This document shows, in pieces, positions 9,589 through 20,308 of a stretch of DNA of 64,000 nt (its first letter is position 1; every line of letters starts with the position of its first letter). The notes under the pieces were generated by a model, which worked only from the letters and a program-made list of their open reading frames with translations, was not told the origin of the DNA and made no database searches. Position numbers and translations under genes: made by a program. Source of the stretch: a bacterium (lineage in GTDB: Bacteria; Chloroflexota; Dormibacteria; Aeolococcales; Bog-877); contig JAJYET010000004.1 in NCBI GenBank assembly GCA_021785655.1, positions 8,907 through 72,906 of the forward strand, read 5' to 3'.

Positions 9589-10559
9589 ACCTCGCCCTCG
9601 TCCAGCACGGCAGCGCGCGCTCGCCGCAGCACGGCATCCTCGGCCTCCAACAGTCCGGAGCGAAGCTCGGCACCCGCTGCCCTGAAGTGGCCCCCACCGC
9701 CCAGGTCGGCCACCAGCTCGTGCGCCGCCAGCCTCCCGCGCGTCCTGAGGCTCACCTTGGTGAGCCCCTCACCCGCCTCCTTGAACAGGAGGGCGCAGCG
9801 CATGGTGTCCAGGGTCTGGAGGAGGTCGATGATCCCCTCGGTCTCCTCCAGGGCCGCCCCAGCCTCCCGCAGCATCTGCTGGGTCACCGCCGTCCAGATG
9901 AGTCGCCCCCCCAGCTCGTAGTGGGCGGCGCTGGCGGCCAGCGCCTGAAGGCGCAGGGTGGTGGCCGGTCTCCACTTGTAGGAGCGCAGTGCCACGAACG
10001 CCGGGTCAGCCCCCAGGTCCACCAGCTCGGCCGCCGCATGGAGCACCGGTCCCGAGGTGTTGTCATGCCGGAACCCACCCGTGTCGGTGAAGATGGCCGC
10101 ATACAGGTTGGTCGCCATGTCCGGGGTGATCTCCGCCCCCCACTGGCGCAGGAGGGAGAGCACCACCATCCCGGTGGCGGCAGCCTGACGGTCGACCACC
10201 CCGAGATCCCCGAAGCCGTCGTTGCTGATGTGATGGTCGAAGAGGATGGTGAGAGGAGCCGTGGCGATGCGCTGCCCCAGGTCGCCGAAGCGGGACGGAC
10301 TGCCGGCGTCGAAGGCAATCACCGTGGAACCCGGGGTGATGTCCTCCTGGTTGACGCGCCGGAAGCCGGGCAGGTAGGAGAGCCCCTGGGGCACCGGCCT
10401 GGGGGCCAGCACCGCCACCCGCTTCCCTCGCTGATCCAGGTATTCGGCAAAGGCCAGGGCGGATCCCAGGGAGTCGGCGTCGGCGTCCTGGTGGGCGACC
10501 AGTACGAAGTCCTCACTCTCATCCAGAGCCGCGGTGATCGCCGCCAGGCTCTCAATCAT
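9585..10559 (-). CDS. nrnA: DHH-family phosphoesterase (NrnA-like oligoribonuclease/pAp phosphatase)
   Basis: DHH motif (ILFDHHISND), DHHA1-like C-terminus GGGGH. Confidence 0.8.
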   Translation of the reverse strand: MIESLAAITAALDESEDFVLVAHQDADADSLGSALAFAEYLDQRGKRVAVLAPRPVPQGLSYLPGFRRVNQEDITPGSTVIAFDAGSPSRFGDLGQRIATAPLTILFDHHISNDGFGDLGVVDRQAAATGMVVLSLLRQWGAEITPDMATNLYAAIFTDTGGFRHDNTSGPVLHAAAELVDLGADPAFVALRSYKWRPATTLRLQALAASAAHYELGGRLIWTAVTQQMLREAGAALEETEGIIDLLQTLDTMRCALLFKEAGEGLTKVSLRTRGRLAAHELVADLGGGGHFRAAGAELRSGLLEAEDAVLRRARAAVLDEGEV

Positions 10560-10932
10560 CCGATCCAGCCCCGGGATCGGCGGCCAGGGAGGTGAGCAGC
10601 TGGTTCACTCTGGTGCCGCGGACGATGGAGTCGTCCAGCCGAAAGTCGAGCCGGGGAACCCGACGGAGGTTCTCCAGCCGGTCCCCGAGAAGATGGCGCA
10701 GATACCCGGTCATCCCCTTCAGGGCCGCCAGGGTGCGCCGCCGCTCGGCGTCGTCGCCCAGGGAACTCACCCGCACGAGCGCCACCGACAGGTCGGGGGC
10801 GCAATCCACCTCGAGCACCGACACCAGGTTCAGCCGCGGATCCTTGACGTCCTGGGCGAGCGCCACCGCCAGCTCCTGGCGCAGCTGCGCGTTGAGCCGC
10901 TCTCGCCGGTGGCCCGGGGAGGAGGGGCTCAT
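10552..10932 (-). CDS. rbfA: ribosome-binding factor A
   Basis: RERLNAQLRQELAVALAQDVKDPRL.. KH-like RbfA fold; conserved position after infB. Confidence 0.85.
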   Translation of the reverse strand: MSPSSPGHRRERLNAQLRQELAVALAQDVKDPRLNLVSVLEVDCAPDLSVALVRVSSLGDDAERRRTLAALKGMTGYLRHLLGDRLENLRRVPRLDFRLDDSIVRGTRVNQLLTSLAADPGAGSDD

Positions 10933-10953
10933 GCGCCGACTCCGCCACCACCA

Positions 10954-12738
10954 TCAGCGATTGCGCTGCTGCACCACATAGGACTCCAGCACGTCACCCT
11001 CAGCGAAGTCCTGGTAGGCGCCCAGGTCGATGCCGCACTCGTAGCCGGCGGCCACCTCGCGCACGTCGTCCTTGAACCGGCGCAGGGACTCGATCCGGGC
11101 CCGCTGCACCTCCTTGCCATCCCGCTTCACGACCACGGTGGAGCCCCGGGTGAGCTTGCCCTCTGTCACCTGCGAGCCGGCGATCATGCCGCTCCGGGGC
11201 ACCCGGATGGCCATCTTGACCTCGGCTCGGCCCTCGAACACCTCCTCGAAGGTGGGCTCGTGCATACCCTGGATGGCCCGCTCGATGTCGTCGGTGATCT
11301 GGTAGACCACGTCGTAGGTCCGTACGTCGATTCCCTGCCGCTCGGCAGCAGCTCGGGCACCGACATCGGGCCGGACGTTGAAGCCGACGACGATGGCGTT
11401 GGCGGCCGCCGCCAGATCGACATCGGCCTCGCTTATCGGACCAACGCCCTCATAGACCAGCCGCAGCCGAACTGTGGGATCGGAGAACTTGACCAGAGTG
11501 GAGCGGAGCGCTTCCAGGGCCCCGTGGGTGTCCGCCTTGACGACCAGGTCCAGGTCGCGAAGCTGCTCCTCCCCCTGGCGGCTGAGCTCCGCCAGGCTCA
11601 CCCGACGGGCATCCACGCGCCCCTGGCGAACGGCCGCCCTGGCGCCCTCGGCCAGCGCCTTCGCCTCCTTCTCGCTGGCCACCACCAGGAGTCGGTCCCC
11701 CGCGACGGCCACCTCTGGCAGTCCGGCCACCTGGGCGGGCAGCCCGGGAGGGCAACCGTCGATGCGCTTTCCGGTGTCGTCTATGAGGTCCCGGACCCGT
11801 CCCGCGACCGCCCCCACCACGAAGTGATCCTGGCGGCGCAGGGTCCCCTCCTGCACCAGGACGGACGCCACCGGACCGCGCCCTCGATCCATCTGGGAGT
11901 CGATCACCACCGCCTCCGCGGGAGCCTTGGGATCGGCCATCGGGGGATTCAGGTCGGTGACCAGAAGGATCATCTCCAGGAGGTGATCCAATCCCTCTCC
12001 GGTCTTCGCTGAGACGGGGACGCTGACCACGTCGCCGCCGAAGTCCTCGACCACCACCCCGTGCTCGGCGAGCTGCTGCTTCACCCGGTCGGGGTGGGCG
12101 TCCTCCAGGTCGATCTTGTTGATCGCCACCAGGATGGGGACCCCGGAGTTCCGCACATGCTGGATGGCCTCCTCGGTCTGGGGCATGACCCCGTCGTTGG
12201 CAGCCACCACCAGCACCGCCAGATCGGTGATGTTCGCTCCCCTGGCCCGCATGGCCGTGAAGGCGGCGTGGCCCGGGGTGTCGATGAAGGTGATCAGCCT
12301 CCCCTCCCGCCGCACCACCGAGGCGCCGATCCGCTGGGTGATGCCACCAGCCTCCCGTGCCGCCACGTTGGACTCGCGGATGGCATCCAGCAGGCTGGTC
12401 TTGCCGTGGTCGACATGCCCCAGGACGGTCACCACCGGAGGCCGGGGCGAGAGGCCCTTCCGGCCCTCGTCCCGCACCACCCGCCCCGTGGCCGGCGCCT
12501 CCTGGGGACCGGCCTCGGCCAACTCGATCTCCAGGGCTTCGGCCACCAGCCGGGCCGTGCCGAGATCGATGGACTGGTTGATGGTGGCCAGGATCCCTCG
12601 CTGAAGCAGGGCCTTCGACACCTCGGCGGAGGAAACCCCGAGAGCCTCGGCCAGCGACTTGACCGTGAGATTGGCGGGGAGTTCCACCCTCTTCAGCTTC
12701 GCGATTGCACTTCCTCCTGCCCCCGGACTGGGCCCCAT
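10954..12738 (-). CDS. infB: translation initiation factor IF-2 (short form)
   Basis: G-domain [21 protein letters not shown]; true start uncertain (possibly GTG ~12687 coupled to ylxR stop). Confidence 0.9.
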   Translation of the reverse strand: MGPSPGAGGSAIAKLKRVELPANLTVKSLAEALGVSSAEVSKALLQRGILATINQSIDLGTARLVAEALEIELAEAGPQEAPATGRVVRDEGRKGLSPRPPVVTVLGHVDHGKTSLLDAIRESNVAAREAGGITQRIGASVVRREGRLITFIDTPGHAAFTAMRARGANITDLAVLVVAANDGVMPQTEEAIQHVRNSGVPILVAINKIDLEDAHPDRVKQQLAEHGVVVEDFGGDVVSVPVSAKTGEGLDHLLEMILLVTDLNPPMADPKAPAEAVVIDSQMDRGRGPVASVLVQEGTLRRQDHFVVGAVAGRVRDLIDDTGKRIDGCPPGLPAQVAGLPEVAVAGDRLLVVASEKEAKALAEGARAAVRQGRVDARRVSLAELSRQGEEQLRDLDLVVKADTHGALEALRSTLVKFSDPTVRLRLVYEGVGPISEADVDLAAAANAIVVGFNVRPDVGARAAAERQGIDVRTYDVVYQITDDIERAIQGMHEPTFEEVFEGRAEVKMAIRVPRSGMIAGSQVTEGKLTRGSTVVVKRDGKEVQRARIESLRRFKDDVREVAAGYECGIDLGAYQDFAEGDVLESYVVQQRNR

Positions 12739-13094
12739 CCGGTCTCTGGGGCTGAATTGGAGATCATACTGGCCACCAGGCCAGCCACACGCTCTGGAAC
12801 TGGCACTCCGGCCGGAAGGTGCAGGGCCCGTTGCAACGCCCGCCTACGCCTGGCCGCCTCCCAGCACTCCATCTTGGCACAGATGTATGCCCCCCGTCCG
12901 GCGGCCCGCCCGCCCGCGTCCACGTCCAGCGTCTCGCCGAGCCGGCGCAGCCGGATCAGCTGCCACTTCGAGTGGGTCTCTCGACAGCCGACGCAGGTTC
13001 GCAGGGGCCAATGCTCGGGTGACCTCGGGGAGGGCCCGCTCCCCGGAGCCGGGAACGCCGGGGTCACGTCCGACTCGGGCCGGGGCCGGACCAC
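12693..13094 (-). CDS. ylxR: YlxR/DUF448 family RNA-binding protein
   Basis: RTCVGCRETHSKWQLIRL....GRGAYICAKMECWEAARRRRALQRAL motif; canonical nusA-ylxR-infB arrangement. Confidence 0.6.
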   Translation of the reverse strand: MVRPRPESDVTPAFPAPGSGPSPRSPEHWPLRTCVGCRETHSKWQLIRLRRLGETLDVDAGGRAAGRGAYICAKMECWEAARRRRALQRALHLPAGVPVPERVAGLVASMISNSAPETGWGPVRGQEEVQSRS

Positions 13095-13122
13095 CTGGTG
13101 ACCGCCGCCCCCGCACCCCGGA

Positions 13123-14100
13123 TCACTGCGCTGTCTCGGGCACCCGGATGTCTATGCGCCATCCCGTGAGTCGGGCCGCCAGCCGGGCATTCCGGCCCTC
13201 CTTGCCGATCGCCAGCGAGAGTAGCTCCGGGGCCACCTCGACCACCGCCCGGTGGCCGTCCTCGTCCAGCCGGACGCCGACCACCGGAGCCGGAGCCAGA
13301 GCCCGGGCCACGAAGGTGGCGGCGTCGTCCGCCCACTCGACGATGTCGACCTCCTCGCCCGCCAGCTCCCCGACCACCGCCCGGATCCGGGTGCTCTTCG
13401 GCCCGATACAGGCGCCCTTGGGGTCGAGGCCAGGTCGAAGCGACTCCACCGCGACCTTGGCCCGCACCCCGGGCTCGCGGGTGGCCGCGCGGATGACGAC
13501 CTCCCCCGAGGCGATCTCGGGGACCTCTATCTCCAGGAGACGGCGCAGGAGCAGCGGGGAGGTGCGGGAGGCCCGGACCTCGATCATCTCCGGCCCCCCG
13601 CGGCGGGACTCCAGCATGACAACCTTGAGGTGGCGCCCGAGCGCCAGGCGCTCACCCGGGATCTGCTCACTCGGGCCGAGCACCGCCTGGAGATGGCCGG
13701 CCCGCAGAAACCACGTGCCGCCGGCCTGGCGCTCCACCACCCCATCCATGAGCTGTCCACGGTGCTCGACCGCCTCCGCGGCCAAACGATCGCGCCTCGT
13801 CTCCTCCAGCTGCCGGGCGAGACGGACCCGGGCCAGCCGCGCCGCCCGCGCCACCACGTGCGGCGCCAGGGAGATGGGCGCCGGCTCCCCCTCTCCGAGG
13901 GACACCACCTCCACCGCACCCCCGGCGGCGAGCCTGACGGCGATGTGGCCGGCGACCGGATTCCCAGCCTCCGCCAGCGCCTCGGAGAGGGCGAGGGACA
14001 CCTCCTCCATGAGCCGCGCGGGGTCGACACCCAATTCCTCCCAGACCGCCGCCAGGGCCGAGTCCAGGTCGCGCGGAGAGCCGCCCCCCGGGGTCGTCAA
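13123..14100 (-). CDS. nusA: transcription termination/antitermination factor NusA (no C-terminal acidic repeats)
   Basis: N-terminal NusA domain, S1 and tandem KH (GACIGPKSTRIRAV..., AIGKEGRNARLAARLTGWRIDI). Confidence 0.9.
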   Translation of the reverse strand: MTTPGGGSPRDLDSALAAVWEELGVDPARLMEEVSLALSEALAEAGNPVAGHIAVRLAAGGAVEVVSLGEGEPAPISLAPHVVARAARLARVRLARQLEETRRDRLAAEAVEHRGQLMDGVVERQAGGTWFLRAGHLQAVLGPSEQIPGERLALGRHLKVVMLESRRGGPEMIEVRASRTSPLLLRRLLEIEVPEIASGEVVIRAATREPGVRAKVAVESLRPGLDPKGACIGPKSTRIRAVVGELAGEEVDIVEWADDAATFVARALAPAPVVGVRLDEDGHRAVVEVAPELLSLAIGKEGRNARLAARLTGWRIDIRVPETAQ

Positions 14101-14585
14101 AGATCCACCACCACCTGGACGGAGACCAGGTCTGACCGCTCCAGCTCGATCCGCTGGGGACGCCCGCTGCGGCGGCGAGCCTCCAGCTCCAGAAGCCGGT
14201 CCGAGACCGCGGTCAGCCGGCCCTCGACGACCGCCTCCTGACCGGATCGCGCCACCACCACCCGGAGGCGACGCCCAAGGCTGGCGCGCAACTCCTCATC
14301 GGTGGTCAGCTTCCGCTCCGCCCCGGGGGAACTGACCTCCAGCGAGTAGGACTCGGGGAGCTCGGCGCCGTGCAGGTCGAGCACCCCGGAGATGGCCAGG
14401 CTGGCGGCACCGCACTCGTCCACGGTTACCCCGCCGGGACGGTCCACGGTCACCCGCAGGGTCGGGCCGCCGCGGCCCCCAGCCCAGGAAACCCCGACCA
14501 GGGTGAGGCCCAGCTCCAGGACTGGAGCCCGCACCAGGCTCCCGAGGCGGGTGGGGTCGATCTGCGACCCAGGCTCGCCCTTCAC
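14097..14585 (-). CDS. rimP: ribosome maturation factor RimP
   Basis: LELGLTLVGVSWAG...TLRVTVDRPGGVTVDEC..SLEVSSPG signature; precedes nusA. Confidence 0.8.
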   Translation of the reverse strand: MKGEPGSQIDPTRLGSLVRAPVLELGLTLVGVSWAGGRGGPTLRVTVDRPGGVTVDECGAASLAISGVLDLHGAELPESYSLEVSSPGAERKLTTDEELRASLGRRLRVVVARSGQEAVVEGRLTAVSDRLLELEARRRSGRPQRIELERSDLVSVQVVVDL

Positions 14586-14609
14586 AACCTCCCCACCGGG
14601 GGCCAGCCC

Positions 14610-17177
14610 TCAGCGCCGGGTGGCGGGGATCGCCGCTACCCGAGACCCGCCGCCCCGGCGCACCACCGCCTGCCGGTCGAGTTGCCGCCAGGCGGTGAGC
14701 AGGGTCGCCGCGTTGAAGATGGAGGAATAGGTGCCCGAGAAGATGCCGATGAGCAGGGCGAGGACGAATCCCTGGACCGAGGCCCCTCCCAGGAGCACCA
14801 GGGTGAGCAGCACGAAGAGAACCGTGAGCGAGGTGTTCAGGGAGCGGGACATGGTCTGAGCGATCGAGAGGTTGACCACCTGGTCGAAGGTCATCCTCGG
14901 CCCCTGGACCCTCAGGTTCTCCCGGATCCGGTCGAAGACCACGATGGTGTCGTGGACGGAGAAACCGACCACGGTGAGCACCGCACTGACGAACAGGGCG
15001 TCGACCGAGCCCAGCTGGGTGAAGTGCCCCAGGATGGCCCACAACCCAACCAGCACGAAGACGTCGTGGAGCAGGGCCGCCATGGCACACAGGGCGAACC
15101 GGCGGGCGCTGATCATCGTCTGGGAGAAGCGGAAACCGAGATAGACCGAGATGAGGGCGGCGGCCACCACCACCAGAAGGACCGAGCTGACCACGAGGCT
15201 GCTGGCGATGGTCGGGCCGACCGTGCTCTCACTGAGGTTGAGGGAGCCCGAGTGGTCCTTGGTGATCCCGAAGTGCTGGTCGAGGGCCTGGTTGATCCTC
15301 GTGAGCTCACTCGCTGCGATGGGCTGGGTGGTGATCGAGTAGTAGTTGTTGGACTCCGCCAGCACCTGAGGGTGGCTGGGGCGGTAGGTGTCGGTGACCA
15401 CCCTCTGGACCACGGCCGCGGTGGTCGGCTGGTGTAGCTGCACGCTGATCGAGTCCCCCCCGGTGAAGTCGATGCCCAGGTTGAAGCCGGCGAAGAGGAT
15501 GGTGATGATCCCGGGAACGATGACGATCAGCGAGGCCGCGAAGTACCAGTTGCGGTGGGTGACGACATCGAATCGGCTGCCCGAGCTGAAGGTGGTCTTG
15601 AGGCGGTCGGTCGGCAGGATCCGGGTGTAGAGGGTGGGGCGGCGGGCGAAGGCGAACCAGCGCTGGACGTAGCGCAGCAAAGAGTGGGTGATCACGATGG
15701 CCGAGAACATGCTCACGGCCACCCCGATGAACAGGGTGAGGGCAAAGCCCTGCACGTCCGACGCCCCGAAGAAGTACAGGACGGTGCAGGTGATCATGGT
15801 GGCGATGTTGGAGTCCCGGATCGCCGGCCAGGCCCGGCGAAAGCCGTATTCGACCGCCAACTCCAGGGGCCGCCCCTGGCGCAGTTCCTCCTTGGTTCTT
15901 TCGAAGATCAGCACATTGGCGTCGACGGCCATCCCCACGCTGAGGATGAACCCCGCCAGGCCCGGCAGGGTGATGACCACCGGGATGAGCTCGTAGACCG
16001 CCAGGACGATGAGGGCGTAGCAGATGAGGGCCACGCTGGCCAGGAAGCCGGGGAAGCGGTAGTAGGCGATCATGAAGATGATCACCAGCGCCAGCCCCAG
16101 GGCCCCGGCCCGAAGGCTCTGGGCGACCGACTGCCGGCCCAGGGTGGCGGACACGGTCGTCGACTGCAGAACCCCGATCTGGGCCGGCAGCGCCCCGGCG
16201 TTGATGTTGTTGACCAGCGCCTGAGCCGAGTTGAAGGTGAAGTTCCCGGTGATCTCAGTCTGGTTGCTGCTCGGCCCCTCGACGCAGGGCGCGGTTAGGA
16301 CCTCGTTGTCCAGGAAGATCGCCACCTGGGCGGAAGGGGGCGGCGGGGTCGAACAGGAGCCGCCCGTCCCGGTGGTGCTGCAGAGGGGGTTGTTGGCGCA
16401 GGCCTTGGTGGTGACCTGGCTCCAGACCGACGCCCCCTGGCTGTCGAAGGTGATGTCCACGGCGTAGCCGCCGCCCGGGTTCTGGCCCACCGCCGCCGAG
16501 GCGACCGCCGAGGCGGGAAGGTTCTTGATGATCTTCCAGTGGTAGGCGGCTCCGGTGGACGACACCGGATAGAAGGTGGTGCTGTTGAACTGGCAGCTGG
16601 CCTTGGCATGCCCCGGGGGGAAGCACGAGCTGGGGACCAGCTGGTTCTGGTCGATGCAGGTCTGGGTGGTGCAGGTGCCGGGTTGACCGTTGACCGTGGG
16701 CTTGCCCGGCACGGCCACGGCGAAATGCAGCTGAGCCGTGGACCCCAGGGTCTTGAGGGCCTGGCCGATGCCCACCCCGGGGAGCTGGACCAGGATCTGA
16801 TTGCTCCCCTGGGCCTGGACCTGGGTGTCGGCGACCCCCAGCGAGTTCACCCGCCGCTGGATGATGGTGAGGCTGGCCGACTGCGCCTCGGCGAGGGTCT
16901 TCCCCTTGGGAAGGCCGGTGCGGCAGCCGATCCCCGGTGGGTTGTTGGGCCCAAGGCAGATGGCGAGGGTCAGTGAGGTGCCACCCTGCAGGTCCAGACC
17001 CTTGTGGATATAGGGCTGGGCCCCCAGCAGGGCCGGGTGCTGGTTCGCCGGATAGGAGGCAGTGACCGCCTTGTGGCGCACCAAGAGGTTGTAGATCTGG
17101 GGGTAGGCGTCCACCACGATGGCCCCCACGACCAGCACCAAGACGAGTCCCAGCCACCACCGGTTGATCCGGATCAA
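14610..17177 (-). CDS. secDF: fused protein translocase subunit SecDF with enlarged Cys/Thr/Ser-rich periplasmic domain
   Basis: 855 aa; 12 TM segments, SecD and SecF cores (GLDLQGG.., VLYFFGASDVQGFALTL.., GIDFTGG..); follows ruvCAB as in actinobacteria. Confidence 0.85.
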   Translation of the reverse strand: MIRINRWWLGLVLVLVVGAIVVDAYPQIYNLLVRHKAVTASYPANQHPALLGAQPYIHKGLDLQGGTSLTLAICLGPNNPPGIGCRTGLPKGKTLAEAQSASLTIIQRRVNSLGVADTQVQAQGSNQILVQLPGVGIGQALKTLGSTAQLHFAVAVPGKPTVNGQPGTCTTQTCIDQNQLVPSSCFPPGHAKASCQFNSTTFYPVSSTGAAYHWKIIKNLPASAVASAAVGQNPGGGYAVDITFDSQGASVWSQVTTKACANNPLCSTTGTGGSCSTPPPPSAQVAIFLDNEVLTAPCVEGPSSNQTEITGNFTFNSAQALVNNINAGALPAQIGVLQSTTVSATLGRQSVAQSLRAGALGLALVIIFMIAYYRFPGFLASVALICYALIVLAVYELIPVVITLPGLAGFILSVGMAVDANVLIFERTKEELRQGRPLELAVEYGFRRAWPAIRDSNIATMITCTVLYFFGASDVQGFALTLFIGVAVSMFSAIVITHSLLRYVQRWFAFARRPTLYTRILPTDRLKTTFSSGSRFDVVTHRNWYFAASLIVIVPGIITILFAGFNLGIDFTGGDSISVQLHQPTTAAVVQRVVTDTYRPSHPQVLAESNNYYSITTQPIAASELTRINQALDQHFGITKDHSGSLNLSESTVGPTIASSLVVSSVLLVVVAAALISVYLGFRFSQTMISARRFALCAMAALLHDVFVLVGLWAILGHFTQLGSVDALFVSAVLTVVGFSVHDTIVVFDRIRENLRVQGPRMTFDQVVNLSIAQTMSRSLNTSLTVLFVLLTLVLLGGASVQGFVLALLIGIFSGTYSSIFNAATLLTAWRQLDRQAVVRRGGGSRVAAIPATRR

Positions 17178-17276
17178 GTCTTCTGTGCCCGCCGGAGTGA
17201 GTTGCTGGTCATCGCGAGTCCTAGATTCTAGCCGTCCGGGCTCGCGGCTCCCGCTCGGGCCACGGGCGCGTGGCCC

Positions 17277-18326
17277 TCAATCCCCCGGGAAGAGAGGGGG
17301 CTCCGGCGGCGGAGCGACCAGATGTGGAGGTGGCGCCATCCCCAGGTGGCGGTAGGCGCCCGCGGTGGCCATCCGGCCCCGGGGAGTCCGCTGCAGCAGG
17401 CCCAGCTGGAGGAGGTAGGGCTCCACCACCTCCTCCAGAGTGTGGGGCTCCTCGGAGAGGGCGGCGCCCAGGGTGCCGAGCCCCACCGGCCCGCCGCCGA
17501 AGCTGGTGCAGATGAGCCGCAGGAGGCGGCGGTCGGAGTCCTGGAGCCCCAGGGAGTCGACCTCCAGGAGCTCCAGTGCCGCCTCCGTGGCCCGGCTCGT
17601 GACCGCGCCGCCCCCGCGAACCAGGGCGAAGTCGCGCACCCGGCGCAGCAGCCGGTTGGCGATCCTCGGAGTTCCCCGGGACCGGGCCGCGATCAGCGCC
17701 AGCGCCTCCGGATCCGCTGCCACCTGGAGGAGCCGGGCGGAGCGCGAAACGATGGCCAGCAGCTGCTCTGGGGTGTAGAAGTCCAGCCGGAAGGTGGCGC
17801 CGAAGCGGTCCCGGAGGGGTGCCGAGAGCATCCCCTCGCGGGTGGTGGCCCCGACGACCGTGAAGCGCTGCAGCGCCAGGCGCAGCGTCTGGGCTCCAGC
17901 CCCCTTGCCTGACACGAAGTCGAAGGCGAACTCCTCCATGGCTGGGTACAGGCTCTCCTCCACCGCCCGCTGGAGCCTGTGGACCTCGTCGATGAAGAGG
18001 ATGTCGCGCTCTCCCAGGCTGGTCAGCAGGCTCGCCAGGGCTCCCTGATGCTCCAGAGCCGGCCCGCTGGTGACCCTCAGGTTCACCCCCATCTCCGCCG
18101 CCACGATGTTGGCCAGGGTGGTCTTCCCCAGCCCCGGCGGTCCGCAGAGCAGCAGGTGCTCCACCGACTCGCGACGCATGCGAGCTGCCTCCAAGAGGAT
18201 GGCCAGCTGATCCTTGACCGGCTCCTGGCCCACGAATTCGGAGAGCCGCTGCGGACGCAGCTGGCGGTCGAGCTCCGGCTCGTCGGCGCCGACCTGCGGC
18301 TCGTAGATCCCGTCGGGCTCGCTCAC
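17277..18326 (-). CDS. ruvB: Holliday junction branch migration helicase RuvB
   Basis: Walker [15 protein letters not shown]+ and winged-helix C-terminus. Confidence 0.95.
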   Translation of the reverse strand: MSEPDGIYEPQVGADEPELDRQLRPQRLSEFVGQEPVKDQLAILLEAARMRRESVEHLLLCGPPGLGKTTLANIVAAEMGVNLRVTSGPALEHQGALASLLTSLGERDILFIDEVHRLQRAVEESLYPAMEEFAFDFVSGKGAGAQTLRLALQRFTVVGATTREGMLSAPLRDRFGATFRLDFYTPEQLLAIVSRSARLLQVAADPEALALIAARSRGTPRIANRLLRRVRDFALVRGGGAVTSRATEAALELLEVDSLGLQDSDRRLLRLICTSFGGGPVGLGTLGAALSEEPHTLEEVVEPYLLQLGLLQRTPRGRMATAGAYRHLGMAPPPHLVAPPPEPPLFPGD

Positions 18327-18940
18327 CGCCGGACCGCCGCAGGGCGGAGCCGTTGCAATGCGATCCTCACCAACTCCTCCACCGTGGGCGACTCCTCCCC
18401 CCGGGCGGCGTTAAGACCTGCTCCGACGGCCTCCCGCGCCTGCTGGGCGGAGAAGCCCAGCTGGACCAGCGCCTCGACCGCCCGCTCCACCGGGGCCCCG
18501 CTGGACGGTGCCCTCCCCGGGGCCGAGACGATCCCCATCTGGTCGACCGTTCCCTTGAGCTCCAGCACGATCCGCCTCGCGGTCTTGACGCCGATTCCGG
18601 GGACCGCGGCCAGCACCCCGTGGTCCTCTGAGGCGATGGCCTCGGCCAGGACCCCCCACTCGGTGCGCGAGAGGATGGCCAGCGCGGCCTTGGGACCGAT
18701 CCGCTCCACCCCCAACAGGTGCCGAAAGAACACCAGCTCCTGGGGGTCAAGGAAGCCATACAGGGAGATGGCGTCGTCCCGGACCACGGTGTGCACTTCG
18801 AGCCGGACCTCCCCCACCGCAGCGCGCAAGTGGGCCGCAGTCCGCTGGTGGACGAACACCTGGTAGCCGACACCGGCGACCTCGATCACCACCGACTCCT
18901 CGTCGACCCGGCCCACCGCGCCCCGGAGCGAGGCGATCAA
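18323..18940 (-). CDS. ruvA: Holliday junction DNA-binding protein RuvA
   Basis: MIASLRG.. OB-fold, tandem HhH ([11 protein letters not shown]), domain III. Confidence 0.9.
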   Translation of the reverse strand: MIASLRGAVGRVDEESVVIEVAGVGYQVFVHQRTAAHLRAAVGEVRLEVHTVVRDDAISLYGFLDPQELVFFRHLLGVERIGPKAALAILSRTEWGVLAEAIASEDHGVLAAVPGIGVKTARRIVLELKGTVDQMGIVSAPGRAPSSGAPVERAVEALVQLGFSAQQAREAVGAGLNAARGEESPTVEELVRIALQRLRPAAVRR

Positions 18941-19437
18941 GCCCGGCTCGCGGCGAGCGCCGAGCGAAGCCCGCTGGCGTGCTGGTGGCAGATCCCCACG
19001 GCGCAGGCATCGGTGACATCGTCCGGTGAGGTCGGCACCTTGGCCCCCAGGATCAGCTGGACCATCCGGGCCACCTGGCGCTTGTCCGCCGACCCGGACC
19101 CGGTCACGGCCCGCTTCACCTCGCCCGGGGTGTACTCGGCCACCGGGAGCCCGCGGCGCGCGGCGGCGCAGAGCAGGATGCCCCGGGCTTGGCTGACCGC
19201 CATGGCGGTGGAGACGTTCCGCCGGAAGTACAGCTTCTCGACCGCCACCACGTCGGCGCCCGCCATCCCCAGCAACTCCTCCGCCTGCTGGGAAAGCGCC
19301 AGCAGCCGCTGCGGCTCGCCCAGGTGGGCTGGGGTGGTGAGGCAGCCGGAGCCCTGCAGTCGCAGCATCCCTCCCCCACCATCCACCAGCGCCCAGCCGG
19401 TCAGGGCCAGGCCGGGGTCAAGCCCCAGGACCAACAA
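18937..19437 (-). CDS. ruvC: crossover junction endodeoxyribonuclease RuvC
   Basis: MLVLGLDPGLALTGWAL.. RNase-H-like fold with catalytic D/E. Confidence 0.9.
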   Translation of the reverse strand: MLVLGLDPGLALTGWALVDGGGGMLRLQGSGCLTTPAHLGEPQRLLALSQQAEELLGMAGADVVAVEKLYFRRNVSTAMAVSQARGILLCAAARRGLPVAEYTPGEVKRAVTGSGSADKRQVARMVQLILGAKVPTSPDDVTDACAVGICHQHASGLRSALAASRA

Positions 19438-19463
19438 CGCCCCGCCTCCGCGCGCCCCGCAGG

Positions 19464-20207
19464 TCAGACCTCGGCCAGGACGTCGTCAGGAAGGATGGCG
19501 TTGCAGTGGACCTCACGGACGTCGTCGTGCTCCTCCAGCGCCTCCAGTAGTCTGACCACCGCCGCGGCATGTTTGGCCTCCACCTCGACGGGATTGGTCG
19601 CTTGCATGGTGACCTCGGCCCGCTCCACCACCCGCCCGGCGTCCAGCAGGGCCTGGCGGAGCTCCTCCAGCCGCTCTGGAGCCACGTACACCTCGACCAG
19701 GTCCCCCTCGACCTGGACATCTTCGGCTCCCAGCTCGATCGCCTCCAACGCCAGCTGCTCCGGGTCCTTTCCCTTGGGATCCACCGTGATCAGCCCGGTG
19801 CGGTTGAACATCCAGGCCACGGAGTTGGTCTCTCCGAGGCTCCCCCCGGAGCGGGTGAACAGGTTGCGCAGCCCGGCCACCGTGCGGTTGCGATTGTCAG
19901 TCAGGGCGTCGACCAGAATCGCGACCCCCCCGGGACCGTAGCCCTCGTAGCGGATCTCCTCGATGGCCGCCCCCTGGAGCTCACCCGTGCCGCGCTTGAT
20001 GGCCCGCTCGATGTTGTCGGCGGGCATGTTGACCTCGCGGGCCTTCTGGATCGCCAGGCGCAGACGGAAGTTGCCGGCTGGGTCGCCGCCCCCTTCACGG
20101 GCCGCCACCGTGATCTCGCTGGCCACCTTGGTGAAGGTCTGGCCCTTCCGCGCGTCGACCACCGCCTTCTTGTGCTTGATTCCCGCCCACTTGGAGTGCC
20201 CTGACAC
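19464..20207 (-). CDS. yebC: YebC/PmpR family DNA-binding transcriptional regulator
   Basis: MSGHSKWAGIKHKKA N-terminus, full-length 247 aa. Confidence 0.9.
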   Translation of the reverse strand: MSGHSKWAGIKHKKAVVDARKGQTFTKVASEITVAAREGGGDPAGNFRLRLAIQKAREVNMPADNIERAIKRGTGELQGAAIEEIRYEGYGPGGVAILVDALTDNRNRTVAGLRNLFTRSGGSLGETNSVAWMFNRTGLITVDPKGKDPEQLALEAIELGAEDVQVEGDLVEVYVAPERLEELRQALLDAGRVVERAEVTMQATNPVEVEAKHAAAVVRLLEALEEHDDVREVHCNAILPDDVLAEV

Positions 20208-20308
20208 CGCCTACCTCCGTCGCCTGCCCCACCCGGGGCGGCCGGCACGAACATGCATTCCCTGAAGTGTACCGCTGCCCTCAAGCCTAGCAGTCCGCGG
20301 AGCGGGGC

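Noticed and set aside
8332-9921. 529-aa plus-strand ORF
   Set aside because: Antisense to truB and nrnA; Pro/Arg/Gly-rich low-complexity translation typical of high-GC antisense frames.
10534-12012. 492-aa plus-strand ORF
   Set aside because: Antisense to rbfA/infB, whose products carry unambiguous conserved motifs.
12659-14335. 558-aa plus-strand ORF
   Set aside because: Antisense to ylxR/nusA/rimP; Ser/Arg/Pro-rich, no domains.
14370-16298. several 250-350-aa plus-strand ORFs
   Set aside because: Antisense to secDF; Asp/Gly/His-rich repetitive translations.
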